Shown piece after piece: positions 11,101 through 22,539 of a DNA stretch of 64,000 bases (position 1 is its first letter; the number at the start of each line of letters is the position of its first letter). The notes below the pieces were generated by a model. That model ran no database searches. It saw nothing but the letters and a program-made list of their open reading frames with translations, and was not told where the DNA came from. The translations under genes and the position numbers were made by a program. The stretch is from positions 455,981 to 519,980 of the forward strand of contig CAVVUS010000011.1 in assembly GCA_963751345.1 (NCBI GenBank). Reading direction: 5' to 3'. This DNA comes from an uncultured Chloroflexia bacterium. Lineage in GTDB: Bacteria > Chloroflexota > Anaerolineae > B4-G1 > SLSP01.

Positions 11101-12274
11101 TTAACTGACCCAACGCCTGGTCGAGATCCTCGATGATATCCTCGGGATCCTCAATGCCGACGGCGAAGCGGACGAGGCCATCGGTGATCCCCGAAGCCAA
11201 CCGGGTCTGACGTGGAAGACTGCGATGCGTCGTACTCGCGGGGTGCGTGATCAGCGTTCTGACGTCACCGAGACTTACGGTACGCGCACACAGGTTCACG
11301 TGATCGAGGAGATGCCTGCCGGCCTCCAGCCCGCCTTCGACTTCGAACACGACCACGCCGCCGCCGCCGCCCGGCATCTGGCGCCGGGCGAGATCGTATT
11401 GCGGGTGCGAGGGATGCCAGGGATAGCGGACCCAGGCGATGTCGGGGCGATCCGCGAGCCATTCGGCGACCCTCAGGGCATTGGCGTTGTGCCGCGCCAT
11501 TCGCAGCGGGAGCGTCGTGATCCCCCGTGCGATCAACCAGGCGTTGAAAGGGCTGATGCAACCGCCATACCGGCGGATGGGGCCTTTGAGCACGCTTTCG
11601 ATGAAGGCTGCGGAACCTACGACTGCGCCACCCAGCGAGTCCCCGTGCCCGCCCAGGAACTTGGTGGCGGAGTGAACCACGACGTCGATGCCTAGCTCGA
11701 TGGGGCGCTGGTTCACCGGTGTGGCGAACGTGTTGTCGATGATGGTCATAATGCCGTGATGCCTGGCGATCTCGGCCAGCGCGGCGATGTCGTTCATCAT
11801 CAGGGCAGGGTTGCCCGGAGATTCCAGGTAGATCACGCGGGTGTTGGGCCGGATCGCGGCCTCGAACGCAGCGGTATCGGACGCCTCGACGAGGGTGACC
11901 TCGACCCCGTAGCGCGGCAGATCCTCGGTAATCAGGTGATACGAGCCGCTGTAGAGGCCCGTGGTCGCCACGATATGGTCACCCCCCTCGACGACTGCGA
12001 GAAGCGCGGCGCTGACCGCCGCCATACCGGAGGCAGTGGCCACGGCGGCCTCCGCACCCTCCAGAGCGGCGACCTTCTGCTCCATCACGGCGATTGTCGG
12101 GTTGCCCCAACGCGTGTAGATGGGCTGATTTTCCAGCTCGAATGCTCGGGCGGCTTCCTCCGCGCTGTCGAAGATGTAGGTGTTTGCCATATGCAGCGGC
12201 GGGGAGACGTCTTGCGGCGATAGCTCCGTGCCGGTGTGGACAGCCTTCGTTTGCAGACCCCAAGATCGTTTCAT
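11101..12274 (-). CDS. PLP-dependent Cys/Met metabolism enzyme (methionine gamma-lyase / cystathionine gamma-synthase family)
   Basis: YTRWGNPT, ASGMAA, ESPGNP, DNTFATP, HSATKFLGGHGD, SLGD..TLITHPASTTH. Homology ends near 11101, but as read the frame runs on to 10928. Confidence 0.9.
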
Positions 12275-12477
12275 AGGTGTGGCCTTTCTCACAAAATGCG
12301 GGCGCCGAGGGCGCCCTAAGCGCTCAGTGTAGCACGGTCGCCGCGCTTAGCCACGCTCGTGAGCGTCAGACCGTCGAGCGCACGCCTCGCCGGGTTGCTT
12401 CAGCCGCCTTAGCAGGTAGAATCCTGGGAGCGCTCGCACACCGAGAGCATCAGGCATAGGAGATCATACCATACGAG

Positions 12478-15400
12478 ATGACCGGCATCGCACAGATCAC
12501 GCCCATTGAGACAGAGCCCTCGTCCAAACCTCGGCCCCACCGCATCAAGGTCGACGCGTGGAAAGTGGCCTATCTGGTCATCCTGATCCTGGCGCTGGCG
12601 ACACGCCTGGTCGCGCTCGGCGACCGTGCCGTCAGCCACGATGAGACCACGCACGCCAAGTACTCCTGGAACCTCTACACGGGCCGCGGCTTCCGCCCCG
12701 ACCCCCTGATGCACGGGCCCCTCCTCTTCGAGGCCACGGCTTTCTTCTTCGCGCTCTTTGGGGTGAGCGATTTCACCGCTCGCCTCTATACCGCGCTGGC
12801 GGGCGTGGCCCTGGTCATGGCGCCGTGGCTCCTGCGAAAGTGGTTGGGACGGCTGGGAGCCGTCATCGCGTCGGTCAGCCTGCTCATTTCGCCAATCGTG
12901 ACCTACTACTCGCGCTATACGCGCCACGACATCCCGATCATGCTGGCGGCTATCCTCTTGCTCTGGACGATCCTTCGCTATCTCGACAGCGGCGAGCACC
13001 GGTGGTTCTGGCCGATGGGCGTCTTCTTTGCCCTGATGTACGCTTCGAAGGAGAACGCCTACATCTACACAGCGATCTTCTTCGGCCTGATGGCGCTCCC
13101 TCTCCTCTGGCAGATCGTGAGGACCCGCTGGGACCGGCCGAACCTGATCCCGTGGATGGTGCTCCTCCTGGTCATCGCGCTTCTGGCGGGCGGGCTCTTC
13201 GCTGCGTCGCTCCGTCAGCCGCCGCCGGTCGAGCCGGAAGCTGTCACCGATGCCGCCGCGAGTGTCGCCCCACCGGTCTGGGGACGCGCCGGACTGGGAG
13301 TCGGGATCCTCGCCGCCGGACTGATGGCGGTGATCGGTGTCGCCGCGGTGGGGGAGTCAAAGCTCCGTTCGTTCAGGCTTTTCGACGTGCTGGTGGTGCT
13401 TGGCACCTTCACCTTGCCCTTGGGCTCTGCCCTGCTGATGCGCTTCATCGCCGGTGTGGACATGACGCTCTTCTACGGGGCGCTGATGTCGGGAAGTTTT
13501 GCCGGCGTGCCCGGTCCTATCCACCGTCGGGGCGTTCGTGACCCTGGGGGTGACATTGGCGGCGAGCGTCGGCATCGGGCTCTGGTGGAACATCAGGCGG
13601 TGGCCGATCATCGCGCTGGTCTACTACGGTGTCTTCTTCGTTCTCTTCAGCACGATCTTCACGTACGGCTGGGGCGTGCTGACCGGGCTCGTCGGCGGGC
13701 TGGCATACTGGATGGCGCAGCAGGGCGTACAGCGTGGGAGCCAGCCGTGGTACTACTACGGCATCATCGGTTCCCTCTATGAGTACATGCCGGTGGTCAT
13801 CTCGTTGGTGGCGGGGGCTTGGTTGGTCGTCACCACGCTCGTGCGCAGGCCTGCCCCGCGCGCTGAGGTCTCCGATGAGCAGGCCGACAGAGCCCGAACC
13901 TGTTGTGCCCCCGATCTCCGAGCTTCTGCCGCGTCTCTTTCCCTTTTTCCTGCTGGCCTGGGCGCTGCTCTCGTGGGTTGCCTATGCCGTCGCCGGCGAG
14001 AAGATGCCCTGGCTCACGGTGCACATTGTGTTCCCCCACATCCTGCTTGCGGCGTGGGCGCTCGATCGGGCGTTTCACGACCTGACCTGGCGCGGGTTGG
14101 TGAGGCATTGGGCGTGGTTGGTGCCCGTCTCGCTGATCCTCCTCGGGTTCGCGTGGGCGGCGTTCGGAGAATCGTCGGGTAGCATGCGGCAGGTGCTTCA
14201 GCAGAGCGGGGCCGGAGAGCAGTTGGCGCTGGCAATCGAGCAACTCGAGCCGCTTGGGCGGACGATCGGTGGGCTGCTGGGTATTCTGATCTTCGGTGGG
14301 TTGCTCTTTTATGCTGTGGAGATCCAAGGGGTGAGACGCAGCCTCCGCCTGGCCGGGGTGACGGCTGTTGCCATCCTCGGCGTGCTGACCGTCCGCACGA
14401 TGGTGATGGCCTGTTTCATCGACGATGAGCTGGCGACGGAGTTTCTCGTCTACGCCCACGGCACCCCGGACGTCAAGAAGGTCCTGGCCGATCTCGATGA
14501 ACTCTCCTGGCGACTTACGGAGACGCCGGACCAACTCGCCGTGGCCTACGGCAAGGAGGTCGCCTGGCCTTTCTACTGGTATATGGACTCGCGCTATCCC
14601 GAGAGCTACTATTTTGAGACGCCGGACCCGGATCGACTCCTCGCGTCGTCGGTCATCATCGCGGCGCGCTCCGAGTGGCCTGCCGTGGATGCCATCGTCG
14701 GCGACGGGTACGATACCTTCCTGTACAAGCACATCTGGTGGCCCATCGAGGACTACAAGAACCTCACGTGGGAGCGTATTCGCACCGCCCTGACCGATCC
14801 GGCGTGGCGGCAGGCCGTGTGGGACATTGTCTGGAGGCGAGACTACACGCGTTTCGCCGAGCTGCAGAATCCTGCGAGCCCGTTTACCCTGACGACCTGG
14901 CCGAATCGGCTGGAGTTCCGCCTCTATGTGCGCAAGGACGTCAATGACCTTGTCTGGGCTCAGCGCCCCGCAGGCGGGCAGCCGGCCACATCGGGCACGT
15001 CGGCCGACGACCCCTTCGCGGAGGGCGAGCGCGCCGTTTCCCCCGACAGGACGATCGCGATGCCGGGCACGACGCCTCGCGGCATCGCCACGGCCCCCGA
15101 CGGCACGCTCTACGTCGCTGACCCCGCCGGTAACCGGGTCTGGCACCTGACGGCCGACGCCGTGATGCTCGAGGTCTGGGGCAGCTACGGCACCGCGCCG
15201 GGGCAGTTCGACCGGCCCTGGGATGTCGCCGTGGACGCCGAGGGCAACGTCTACGTGGCCGATACCTGGAACCACCGCATTCAGAAGTTCACCGGCTGGG
15301 GCACGCCTCTGTTGAGTTGGGGCCGGTTCGCGCAGGTGGACGTGAACGATCCGACGGGCTGGGGCGCCTTCTACGGCCCGCGGGGCGTGGCGGTCGGCCC

Positions 15401-15884
15401 CGACGGCGAGGTCTACGTTGCCGATACCGGCAACAGTCGGATCCAGGTCTTCGATGGGAACGGGCAGTTCCTGAGGGCCTTCGACGGCGGCGTCATTGCT
15501 CCCGACCAGAGCACACTCGTGTCGCCGCTCTCGGAGCCCTCCGATGTCGCCGTCGCGGAGAACGGCGATGTCTACGTCGCGGACCTATGGCATCGCCGGG
15601 TACAGGTGTTGGCGAGCGACGGTACGTTCCTGCGGGGATGGGATGTGCCTACCTGGGCGAGCGGCACGCTCGACGATGAGCCGCAGCTCTCGGTCCTGGG
15701 TGACGCCGTCGTGGTCACCGATCCCGGCTACGGGCGCATCCTCAGCTTCACGCCCGATGGCACCTTTGTGGAGGCGCTTCGCTCCGCTGAGGGCGATGTC
15801 GTCCCCGCGGGCGTGGCCCTCCACTCGGACGGAATCGCGGTATCAGACGTGCAGGGCGCCCAGGTGTTCGTTTACCGCCGGTGA
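12478..15884 (+). CDS. TIGR03663 (Agl23-like GT-C) membrane protein fused to an NHL-repeat beta-propeller; frameshifts near 13520 and 13890
   Basis: HDETTHA, DPLMHGP, YYSRYTRHD, SKEN, QPWYYY, GEKMPWL; NHL repeats YVADTWNHRIQKF and YVADTGNSRIQVF. Confidence 0.85.
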
Positions 15885-15886
15885 CA

Positions 15887-15958
15887 AGGAGTGGGAAGCA
15901 CTGAGTACGGAGTAAGGAGTAGGATCGCCCTACTCCTTGCTCCGTACTCCTGACTCCT
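15887..15958. repeat. Inverted array of heptamers (GGAGTAR / TACTCCT)
   Basis: GAGTACGGAGTAAGGAGTAGG...CCTACTCCTTGCTCCGTACTC; related tracts at 50431-50480 and 63858-63921. Confidence 0.75.
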
Positions 15959-15959
15959 G

Positions 15960-17099
15960 TCATTTCTGATGATTCGGATCCGTCACCCGCTGATCCTCGA
16001 CGTTCTTGTCCTTCGACGTGGCCTTCTTGGCCTCGATGAAGGCATCGTACGCAGCCCGGTCGACCGGCAGAGCGACAGGATGCCCGGTATGGCCGGAAAG
16101 GAGTATCGCATCGGCAAGTTCGAGGCTGTAGATGGCCTCGGGTCCCGGCGAGATGAGCGGCTCACCTTCCATGATAGCCCTCGCCACGTTGGCGACGATG
16201 GCGGCGTGTCCGGTCGGGCGCTCTTCGAGCTCTATTTCGATTTCCTGGGCATCGGGATGTCCCCACATGGCCTCGACGGCATCCGAGGCGGCTCGCACGC
16301 CGGGCGAGACCTCCCAGAAGTGAATCTCGTCGTTGGCGATGACCAGCTTCCCCAGCTCACCGCACAGCTCGATGCGGGTGCCGGTGGGGAACTCGTTGAC
16401 GCTCTCCAGCAGATAGCCGGTGGCGCCATTGGGATACTCGATGAGGGCCGTGGCTTCGTCCTCGACCTCGATGATGTGCTGTCGGGTAGCGACCTTGGCG
16501 ATCACGCGGGAGGGCATGCCGCCGAGCCACGTGAACAGGTCCATGCCGTGGGGGGCCTGATTCAGCAGGACGCCGCCGCCCTCGCCCTTCCAGGTGGCGC
16601 GCCACCCGGCCGAGTTGTAGTAGGCCTGGCTGCGGAAGTGGCTGTCGATCAGCAGCGTGCGGTAGAGCTCGCCCAGCCGGCCCTCGTCGACGAGGCGCTT
16701 CGCTGCCTGGCTCACCGGCAGCGTGCGCTGCTGGAACATCACGGAGAAGACGACGCCCGTGCGCTTGGCCGCCTCGATCATCGCCTCCGCGCCGGAGACG
16801 GTCACCGCCATCGGCTTCTCGCTGATGACGTGGATCCCGCGCTCCATCGCGTCGACGGCGATGGGAGGGTGGAAGTAGTGCGGGGTCGCCACAATCACGG
16901 CGTCGACCAGGCCGCTGTCGAGCAGCTCGACGTGGCTGGAGAATCCCGGGACGCCATAGGCGTCGGTCGCGGTCTGTAGCGCCGCGGGCGAGATGTCGCA
17001 GACCGCGGTGAGCTTGACTTCGTCGATAAAGGGCATATTCCGGGCGTGGCCACTGCCCATCCCGCCAACGCCGATGATCCCAAAGCGAACGGTATCCAT
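15960..17099 (-). CDS. Gfo/Idh/MocA family oxidoreductase
   Basis: GIIGVGGMG, ATPHYFH, EKPM, GGGVLLNQAPH; GGAGG RBS. Confidence 0.92.
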   Translation of the reverse strand: MDTVRFGIIGVGGMGSGHARNMPFIDEVKLTAVCDISPAALQTATDAYGVPGFSSHVELLDSGLVDAVIVATPHYFHPPIAVDAMERGIHVISEKPMAVTVSGAEAMIEAAKRTGVVFSVMFQQRTLPVSQAAKRLVDEGRLGELYRTLLIDSHFRSQAYYNSAGWRATWKGEGGGVLLNQAPHGMDLFTWLGGMPSRVIAKVATRQHIIEVEDEATALIEYPNGATGYLLESVNEFPTGTRIELCGELGKLVIANDEIHFWEVSPGVRAASDAVEAMWGHPDAQEIEIELEERPTGHAAIVANVARAIMEGEPLISPGPEAIYSLELADAILLSGHTGHPVALPVDRAAYDAFIEAKKATSKDKNVEDQRVTDPNHQK

Positions 17100-17205
17100 T
17101 GTCAGCCTCCTCGTAGACGAGAACGTGGGTTTGCTGTGAGCGAGTATATACCGTGTCGGGATAGATGGGAATTGGCGCACCTTGTGCTTGGAGATGTCGA
17201 TCGTT

Positions 17206-19341
17206 ATGCTTGTCTATCAGCTCACCATTTTCATCTCTGCCGTTCTGCTCTTTCTGATCCAGCCGCTGATCGGGAACGTGATCCTGCCCTGGTTCGGCGG
17301 ATCTTCAGCCGTCTGGTCGGTGGCGGTGCTCTTCTTCCAGATACTGCTGGTCGTGGGCTATGCCTACGGTCACTTCTTGGTCCGGCGTCTGGGCCATCGC
17401 CGTCAGGGATGGGTACATCTCGGCGTGCTGGCCCTCTCTCTGCTCGTGTTGGGGCTCAACTTCATCGTCTGGCCGACGGCCATCACGCCCGGCGACCGTT
17501 GGGCCCCGGCAGCCGGCCAGGCACCGCTGCTCCGGGAGTTGCTGGCACTGGCGGTCAGTGTTGGGCTTCCCTATCTCGTGCTCTCCACGACCAGCCCCTT
17601 GGTGCAGACGTGGTATCGCCGCGCGCTTTCCCGATCGGAACCCCTACCCGCTCTACGCGCTCTCTAATGTGGGGTCGGTTCTGGCGCTGCTTGGGGTATC
17701 CGCTGCTGATGCAGCCCCTATTCACGATTCCCGGCCAGGCGAACGCGTGGTCCGTCGGATACCTGGGGTTCGCCGTAGGGGTGTCGCTCGTCGCAGGGTC
17801 CGTGCTGCGCCCGGCCCTGGGCCGCCGGCCCGGGCCGCGCGCCCGGCGACCCGCATCCGAGAGCGTCGCTGAGACGGCGCCGCAGCCGCGCGCGAGAATG
17901 CGGGGGCGATGGTTGCTCTGGTTGGGCTTCTCCATGGTGGGTTCGGTTCTGCTCCTTGGCACCACCAACGAGATCACGGTCAACATCATGGCGCTGCCTA
18001 TGCTCTGGGTAGGGCCGCTTGGTGATCTACCTGCTCACCTTTGTCATTGTCTTCAGCGGTGACCGGGGCTACTCACGCTGGTACCTTCTGCTTCTGCTTA
18101 TCGCGACCCAGGTCTTCGGGACGGTCTTGTCGCGCGGCAATGCTGCGCCCCTCCTGATGCAGTTGGGTGTCTACGGGGTGACCCTCTTCGCCGGCTGTAT
18201 GGTGAGCCATGGAGAACTTGCGCAGGCTGCGTCCGCGCCAAGGCGATCTGACCGGTTTCTACCTGGTGCTCGGGGTAGGGGGCGCGCTTGGGGGGATCTT
18301 TGTCAACATCGTGGCGCCCGCGGTCTTCAAGGGCACGTGGGAGTTCCCCCTCGCGTTGCTGGCGTGCTGGACGCTCGCCGCGCTTGCGCTCGCGCTCGAT
18401 AAGAGCTCTCGGATTGCGCGGCGGGAGTCGTTCCAGCTCATCATGTTCGCCCTGTTTGCGGTGGGGATGCTCACCAGCGCCTATCTCCTCGTCATGTCCG
18501 TTCGCGGCTTCAACGAGTCCACGCTCGCGTCGGAGCGCAACTTCTACGGCATCCTTCGCGTGCGGGCCGTCGCTCTGGGCGATCCGCCGCACGCCGCCTA
18601 CGAGATGGTGCACGACACGACGATCCACGGCGTCCAGTACGTGACACAGGACCTGCGCGACCGGCCGACGGCGTACTACGGTCGCAACAGCGGGGTAGGG
18701 CTATCCATCCGAAAGCTGCAGGCGCGAAGCGACGCCATTCGCGTCGGCGCGCTTGGTCTGGGGGCCGGCACGATCGCGACCTACAACCGCGCCGGCGACG
18801 TCATGCGCTTCTACGAGATCGATCCCGAGGTCATGCGCTACGCCGAGGGTGAGGGCGGCTACTTCAGCTTCCTGGCGGATGCCGCCGGGGAGATCGACAT
18901 CGTCCCGGGCGACGCACGGCTCTCGCTCGCGCACGAGCTTGCGTCAGGCGGGTCGCAGCGCTACGACCTGCTCGCCGTCGACGTCTTCAGCGGAGACGCG
19001 CCCCCCGTCCACATGCTCACGTTGGAGGCCTTCGACCTCTACCTGGCGCACCTCACCGGCGACGGCCTGCTCGCGATCCACATCAGCACCACGCACCTGG
19101 ACCTCGTGACCCTGCTCGCAGCAGAAGCGCGAGCAACTGGGGCTGCACGGTGTCATCGTCGACGACCTGGCGGGACGACGCCGGCAGCTTCCCGTCGCAG
19201 TGGGTGGTCATCAGCCGCGATCCCGCCGCCCTCGCAGGAGGGTGGCTCGGCGACGCCCCCGACCTGGCCACGCGCCTCGACCCTGCCGTCCGTCCCTGGA
19301 CCGACAGCTACAGCAACCTCCTCCAGGTCATCACCCGCTAG
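17206..19341 (+). CDS. Fused MFS-like membrane / spermidine synthase-like SAM-binding protein (several frameshifts)
   Basis: LLFLIQPLIG..ILPWFGGS, PYPLYALSNVGS, RNFYG, GLGAGT, YEIDP, GDARL, WTDSYSNL*. Confidence 0.85.
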
Positions 19342-19360
19342 TGGACAGTCAAGTTGGTTC

Positions 19361-19427
19361 TAGTAACCGATTCATCGGTTCCGGGGCCGCCTTCTGATGC
19401 ACCGGAACGACTGAAGTCGTACTACGA
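19361..19427. repeat. REP-like doublet
   Basis: TAGTAACCGATTCATCGGTT ... AACGACTGAAGTCGTACTACGAA: two short hairpins with inverted TAG/CTA-type ends. Confidence 0.55.
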
Positions 19428-19500
19428 ACCCCAAAAACCAGCTTCACTGATCACTAAGTGCTTCGGCCCGCGACCGGCGTTGAAGACGTGCCGCCGGCAC

Positions 19501-19574
19501 GTCTTCTGAGACGCTACGTCTTCTGAGACGCTACTCTTCGAGACGCTACGTCTTCTGAGACGCTACGTCTTCTG
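19501..19574. repeat. 17-bp tandem repeat (GTCTTCTGAGACGCTAC), about 4.5 copies
   Basis: Read directly; grows out of the palindrome GAAGACGTGCCGCCGGCACGTCTTC. Confidence 0.9.
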
Positions 19575-19602
19575 CCTCCCTCGCCACCTGCCGTGCCCGC
19601 CA

Positions 19603-19693
19603 CCCCCGACCTGGCTACGCAGTCGGCCCCGCTGTCCTTCCCTGGACTGACAGCTACTCCAACCTCCTCCTGGTCATCACGCGCCAGCCGTAG
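19603..19693 (+). pseudogene. Diverged duplicate of the 3' end of the upstream MFS/spermidine synthase gene
   Basis: About 72/86 nt identical to 19256-19341; encodes PDLAT...AVLPWTDSYSNLLLVITR. Confidence 0.8.
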
Positions 19694-19843
19694 CTCGGCC
19701 TGCGACGTCTGTTGTAGAGACGCGGGCTTGCCCTGCGCCAAGCCGCGGGAAGGGCCGGGGGCCTCTCCCTTGACAGGCGCTCCCCGCCACATAGGATGGG
19801 GCGTGGGAACGCCGATAGTGTTGAGCCTCAAAGGGGTCGACCT

Positions 19844-21496
19844 ATGCCATTGACCACAGGACAAATACTTCAGGATCGCTACCGCGTTGACGCCCTGCTT
19901 GGGCAAGGCGGGATGGGCGCCGTCTACCGGGCGGTCGATCTGCGCCTCGACAAGACCGTGGCGATCAAGGAGATGGTGCCCCAACCCGGCCTGGATCCGA
20001 CTGCGTTGGAGCAGTTCCGCACGCAGTTCCGGCAGGAAGCGGTGACCCTTGGGAAGCTGTCACACCCCCACTTGGTGCCGGTGACGGACTACTTCGAGGA
20101 GCGCGGCAACGATTACCTGGTGATGGCCTTCGTCGAGGGGGAGAGCCTTGCCGAGCGAATCAAGAGAGAGGGCGCGCTCCCCGAAGCACAGGTCGTGTTC
20201 TGGGCGCGCCAACTGCTGGATGCGCTGGCTTACTGCCACGCGCGTGGAGTCATCCATCGGGACGTCAAGCCGCAGAACGTCATCATCACGCCGGAAGGCG
20301 AAGCCGTGCTGGTGGACTTCGGCCTGGTCAAGCTCTGGGACCCCGCCGACCCACGGACCAAGACCGCGATGCGGGCATGGGCACGCCCGAGTACGCGCCG
20401 CCGGAGCAGTGGGGCAACTTGGACCGGCACACCGATCCCAGGACCGACATCTATGGCCTCGGCGCGACACTCTACCACGCCCTCGTGGGCCGGGCCCCGC
20501 TTACGGGCAGCGACAGGATGGCGTTCCCCGCGCAGTTCAAGACCCCCCGCCAGATGAACGGGCTGATCAGCCCGGCGGTCGACGACGCTTATCCGGAGAG
20601 CGATGGCCCTTGCCTGGGACGAGCGTTGGGCGAGCGCCCGCGACATGGCCGCGGCTCTCGAGCGCAGGGTCCCACTCGACGACACTCGTATCACGACCGG
20701 TGGGCAGCCCTCAGGGCGCCGCCGGTTGTCCTGGATTTGGGTGGCCGGCATCGTGGTGCTGGCGCTCGGCGGGATCGCGGCCCTGTGGTGGATGCGAAAC
20801 GCCGCCGCTGTCCCTGGCCCGACCCCGGCCCCCAGTTACACGATCTCACCGGGGATGCAGCCCTCGCCAACGGCCGCCGAGCCGGTCGTGGCGACGGTGC
20901 CCGAGGGCGAGTCTCAGGTCGAGCCGACAGCCACAGCCGCCGCGACCCTGGCGCCGAGTCCGACTCCGACGCTCCCGCAGCCCACCTCCACCGTGGCGCC
21001 AACCCCCAGTCCGACCCCCCGGCCGACTGACACGCCGGCCTGCCCCCCTGTCCGGGGCGCATTTGCCGACGCCTGGGCGGCCGGACAGGACCGCCTCGGG
21101 TGCGCCCAGGGCGACCCCTTCACCGGTGTGGTTGCCGAGGAAGCCTTCGAGCACGGGAGGATGTTCTGGCGGGAGCCCCTGGACACGGGACAGGCCCTGG
21201 TCCTCTACAATGGCGGTGCTTGGCACACATACCAACACGCGCCCTACGTCGAGGGAAGCCCCGAGTTCCCCTGCGCCGACGCCGACACCCCGGCGCAGTG
21301 TCCGCCCACACCCAAGCGTGGCTTCGGCGCGATGTGGTGTGACATTGGCCGGATCCGCACTGGCCTTGGCAGCGCTCTTGACTGTGAACGCAGCTACACC
21401 GGCACCATGCAGCAGTTCGACCGCGGCGCCGCCCTGCGCACCGACGCCGGCACCATCTACCTCTTCTACGCGGACGGGCTGTGGGAGCGCCGATAA
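19844..21496 (+). CDS. Membrane Ser/Thr protein kinase (Hanks type) with Pro/Thr linker and extracellular domain; frameshifts near 20378 and 20600
   Basis: LGQGGMGAVY, VAIKE, HRDVKPQN, DFG, GTPEYAPPEQ; TM helix; TTGACA-16-TAGGAT promoter at 19770-19797. Confidence 0.9.
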
Positions 21497-21518
21497 ACGA
21501 CATCATCACCTTCACGCT

Positions 21519-21796
21519 CAAGGCAACTGCTACCGCAGCGCTCCCCCGCGACGCGGGTCCTGCCGACCACGCTACCTTCCTTCCTTGACTTGATCGCCGC
21601 GGGTGTTGCTGTCAGCCACACCATGTCACCGCACTCCCGCGAGGAGAAGCCCGACGCGATCTGTTCCGTTACATCGAGTCGTTCTACAATCGTCGGCGTC
21701 TGCATTCGTCGATTGGCTACCTCAGTCCGGTGGCCTTTGAACAGAATATCAACGGTGTTTAGCACTGCATAGTGTCCACCAAAACGGGGGAACCTC
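21519..21796 (+). mobile_element. IS3-family relic (OrfB C-terminus and right end)
   Basis: GNCY motif; [31 protein letters not shown] at 21649-21762; IR-like GTGTCCACCAAAACGGGGGAACCTC. Confidence 0.85.
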
Positions 21797-21961
21797 TGAT
21801 TGTATAGCGCTACTGCAAGAACTGGACAAGCACCGTCACAGTCGGGTACCCCAGCACCGCTTTCGCCGCGACCCTGAGACGTACCTCGCGGGGCTAGAGG
21901 AGTCACTCCCTATCTGATCTTGCTACCCTAACTGTCGAGATCCGGAAAGGTCTCGGCACGC

Positions 21962-22160
21962 TATTTCGCCACCGCCTCTTCGTCGCGCTCCACCGGCTTC
22001 TGGCGCGTCCAGCGCATCCATTTCAGCAGCCGCCCCACGTGCCGCACGCTCTACATCACCCCGAACCTTCTAAGGATCACTTGCCGCACGCGTCCACACC
22101 CTCCCCCAAAATCTATATGCCTCGGGTCCGCGTGGCAGGTGCCCTGCCAGGCGCCCGGCT
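21962..22160 (-). mobile_element. IS630-family transposase relic (winged HTH region)
   Basis: RVRQVILRRFGVM*SVRHVGRLLKWMRWTRQKPVERDEEAVAK*, with an internal stop. Confidence 0.7.
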
Positions 22161-22365
22161 CGTCCTCCGACAAGCTGGGCTGGGGGCGCCCTGCCCGGAC
22201 TGTTACTCGGAGGAGATAATGGGTTGGGGTACGCGGTCGCAAGGCGCGGGCTGCACGGTTAGGCCACGTCTCTTATACCCACAACAGATGATGCGCAATG
22301 GTGCCCTCCTGTCGATCGAGCACGCGCTTCGTCGCTGACAACTGACGGCCTCTCATCAACTCCGC

Positions 22366-22394
22366 TTGCACTTCGCGCCGATTGGGTGTAATCT
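22366..22394 (+). promoter_or_regulatory. Putative sigma70 promoter of the cas operon
   Basis: TTGCAC-17-TAATCT, with TG directly adjacent upstream of the -10. Confidence 0.4.
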
Positions 22395-22539
22395 GTGCAT
22401 GGTGCGAGCTAAGGTGGGTTCCACGCGCTCCCAAATGTCGAACTTTCCTTTGTGGCTCTGTGCTGCGTGCTGCAACTATTGAAGTACGCCGCCACTCTTG
22501 TGTGTTGAGCGGTTCTTCTACGGTCTGTGAGGCATCAAG

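Noticed and set aside
19256-19693. DGR template/variable repeat pair
   Set aside because: Mismatches are not adenine-specific and there is no reverse transcriptase in the window.
21876-21906. Self-target of spacer 31, or a degenerate I-C repeat upstream of cas3
   Set aside because: Only an 11-nt exact match (GCGGGGCTAGA) and a gapped ~21/33 repeat match; compatible with chance at this GC.
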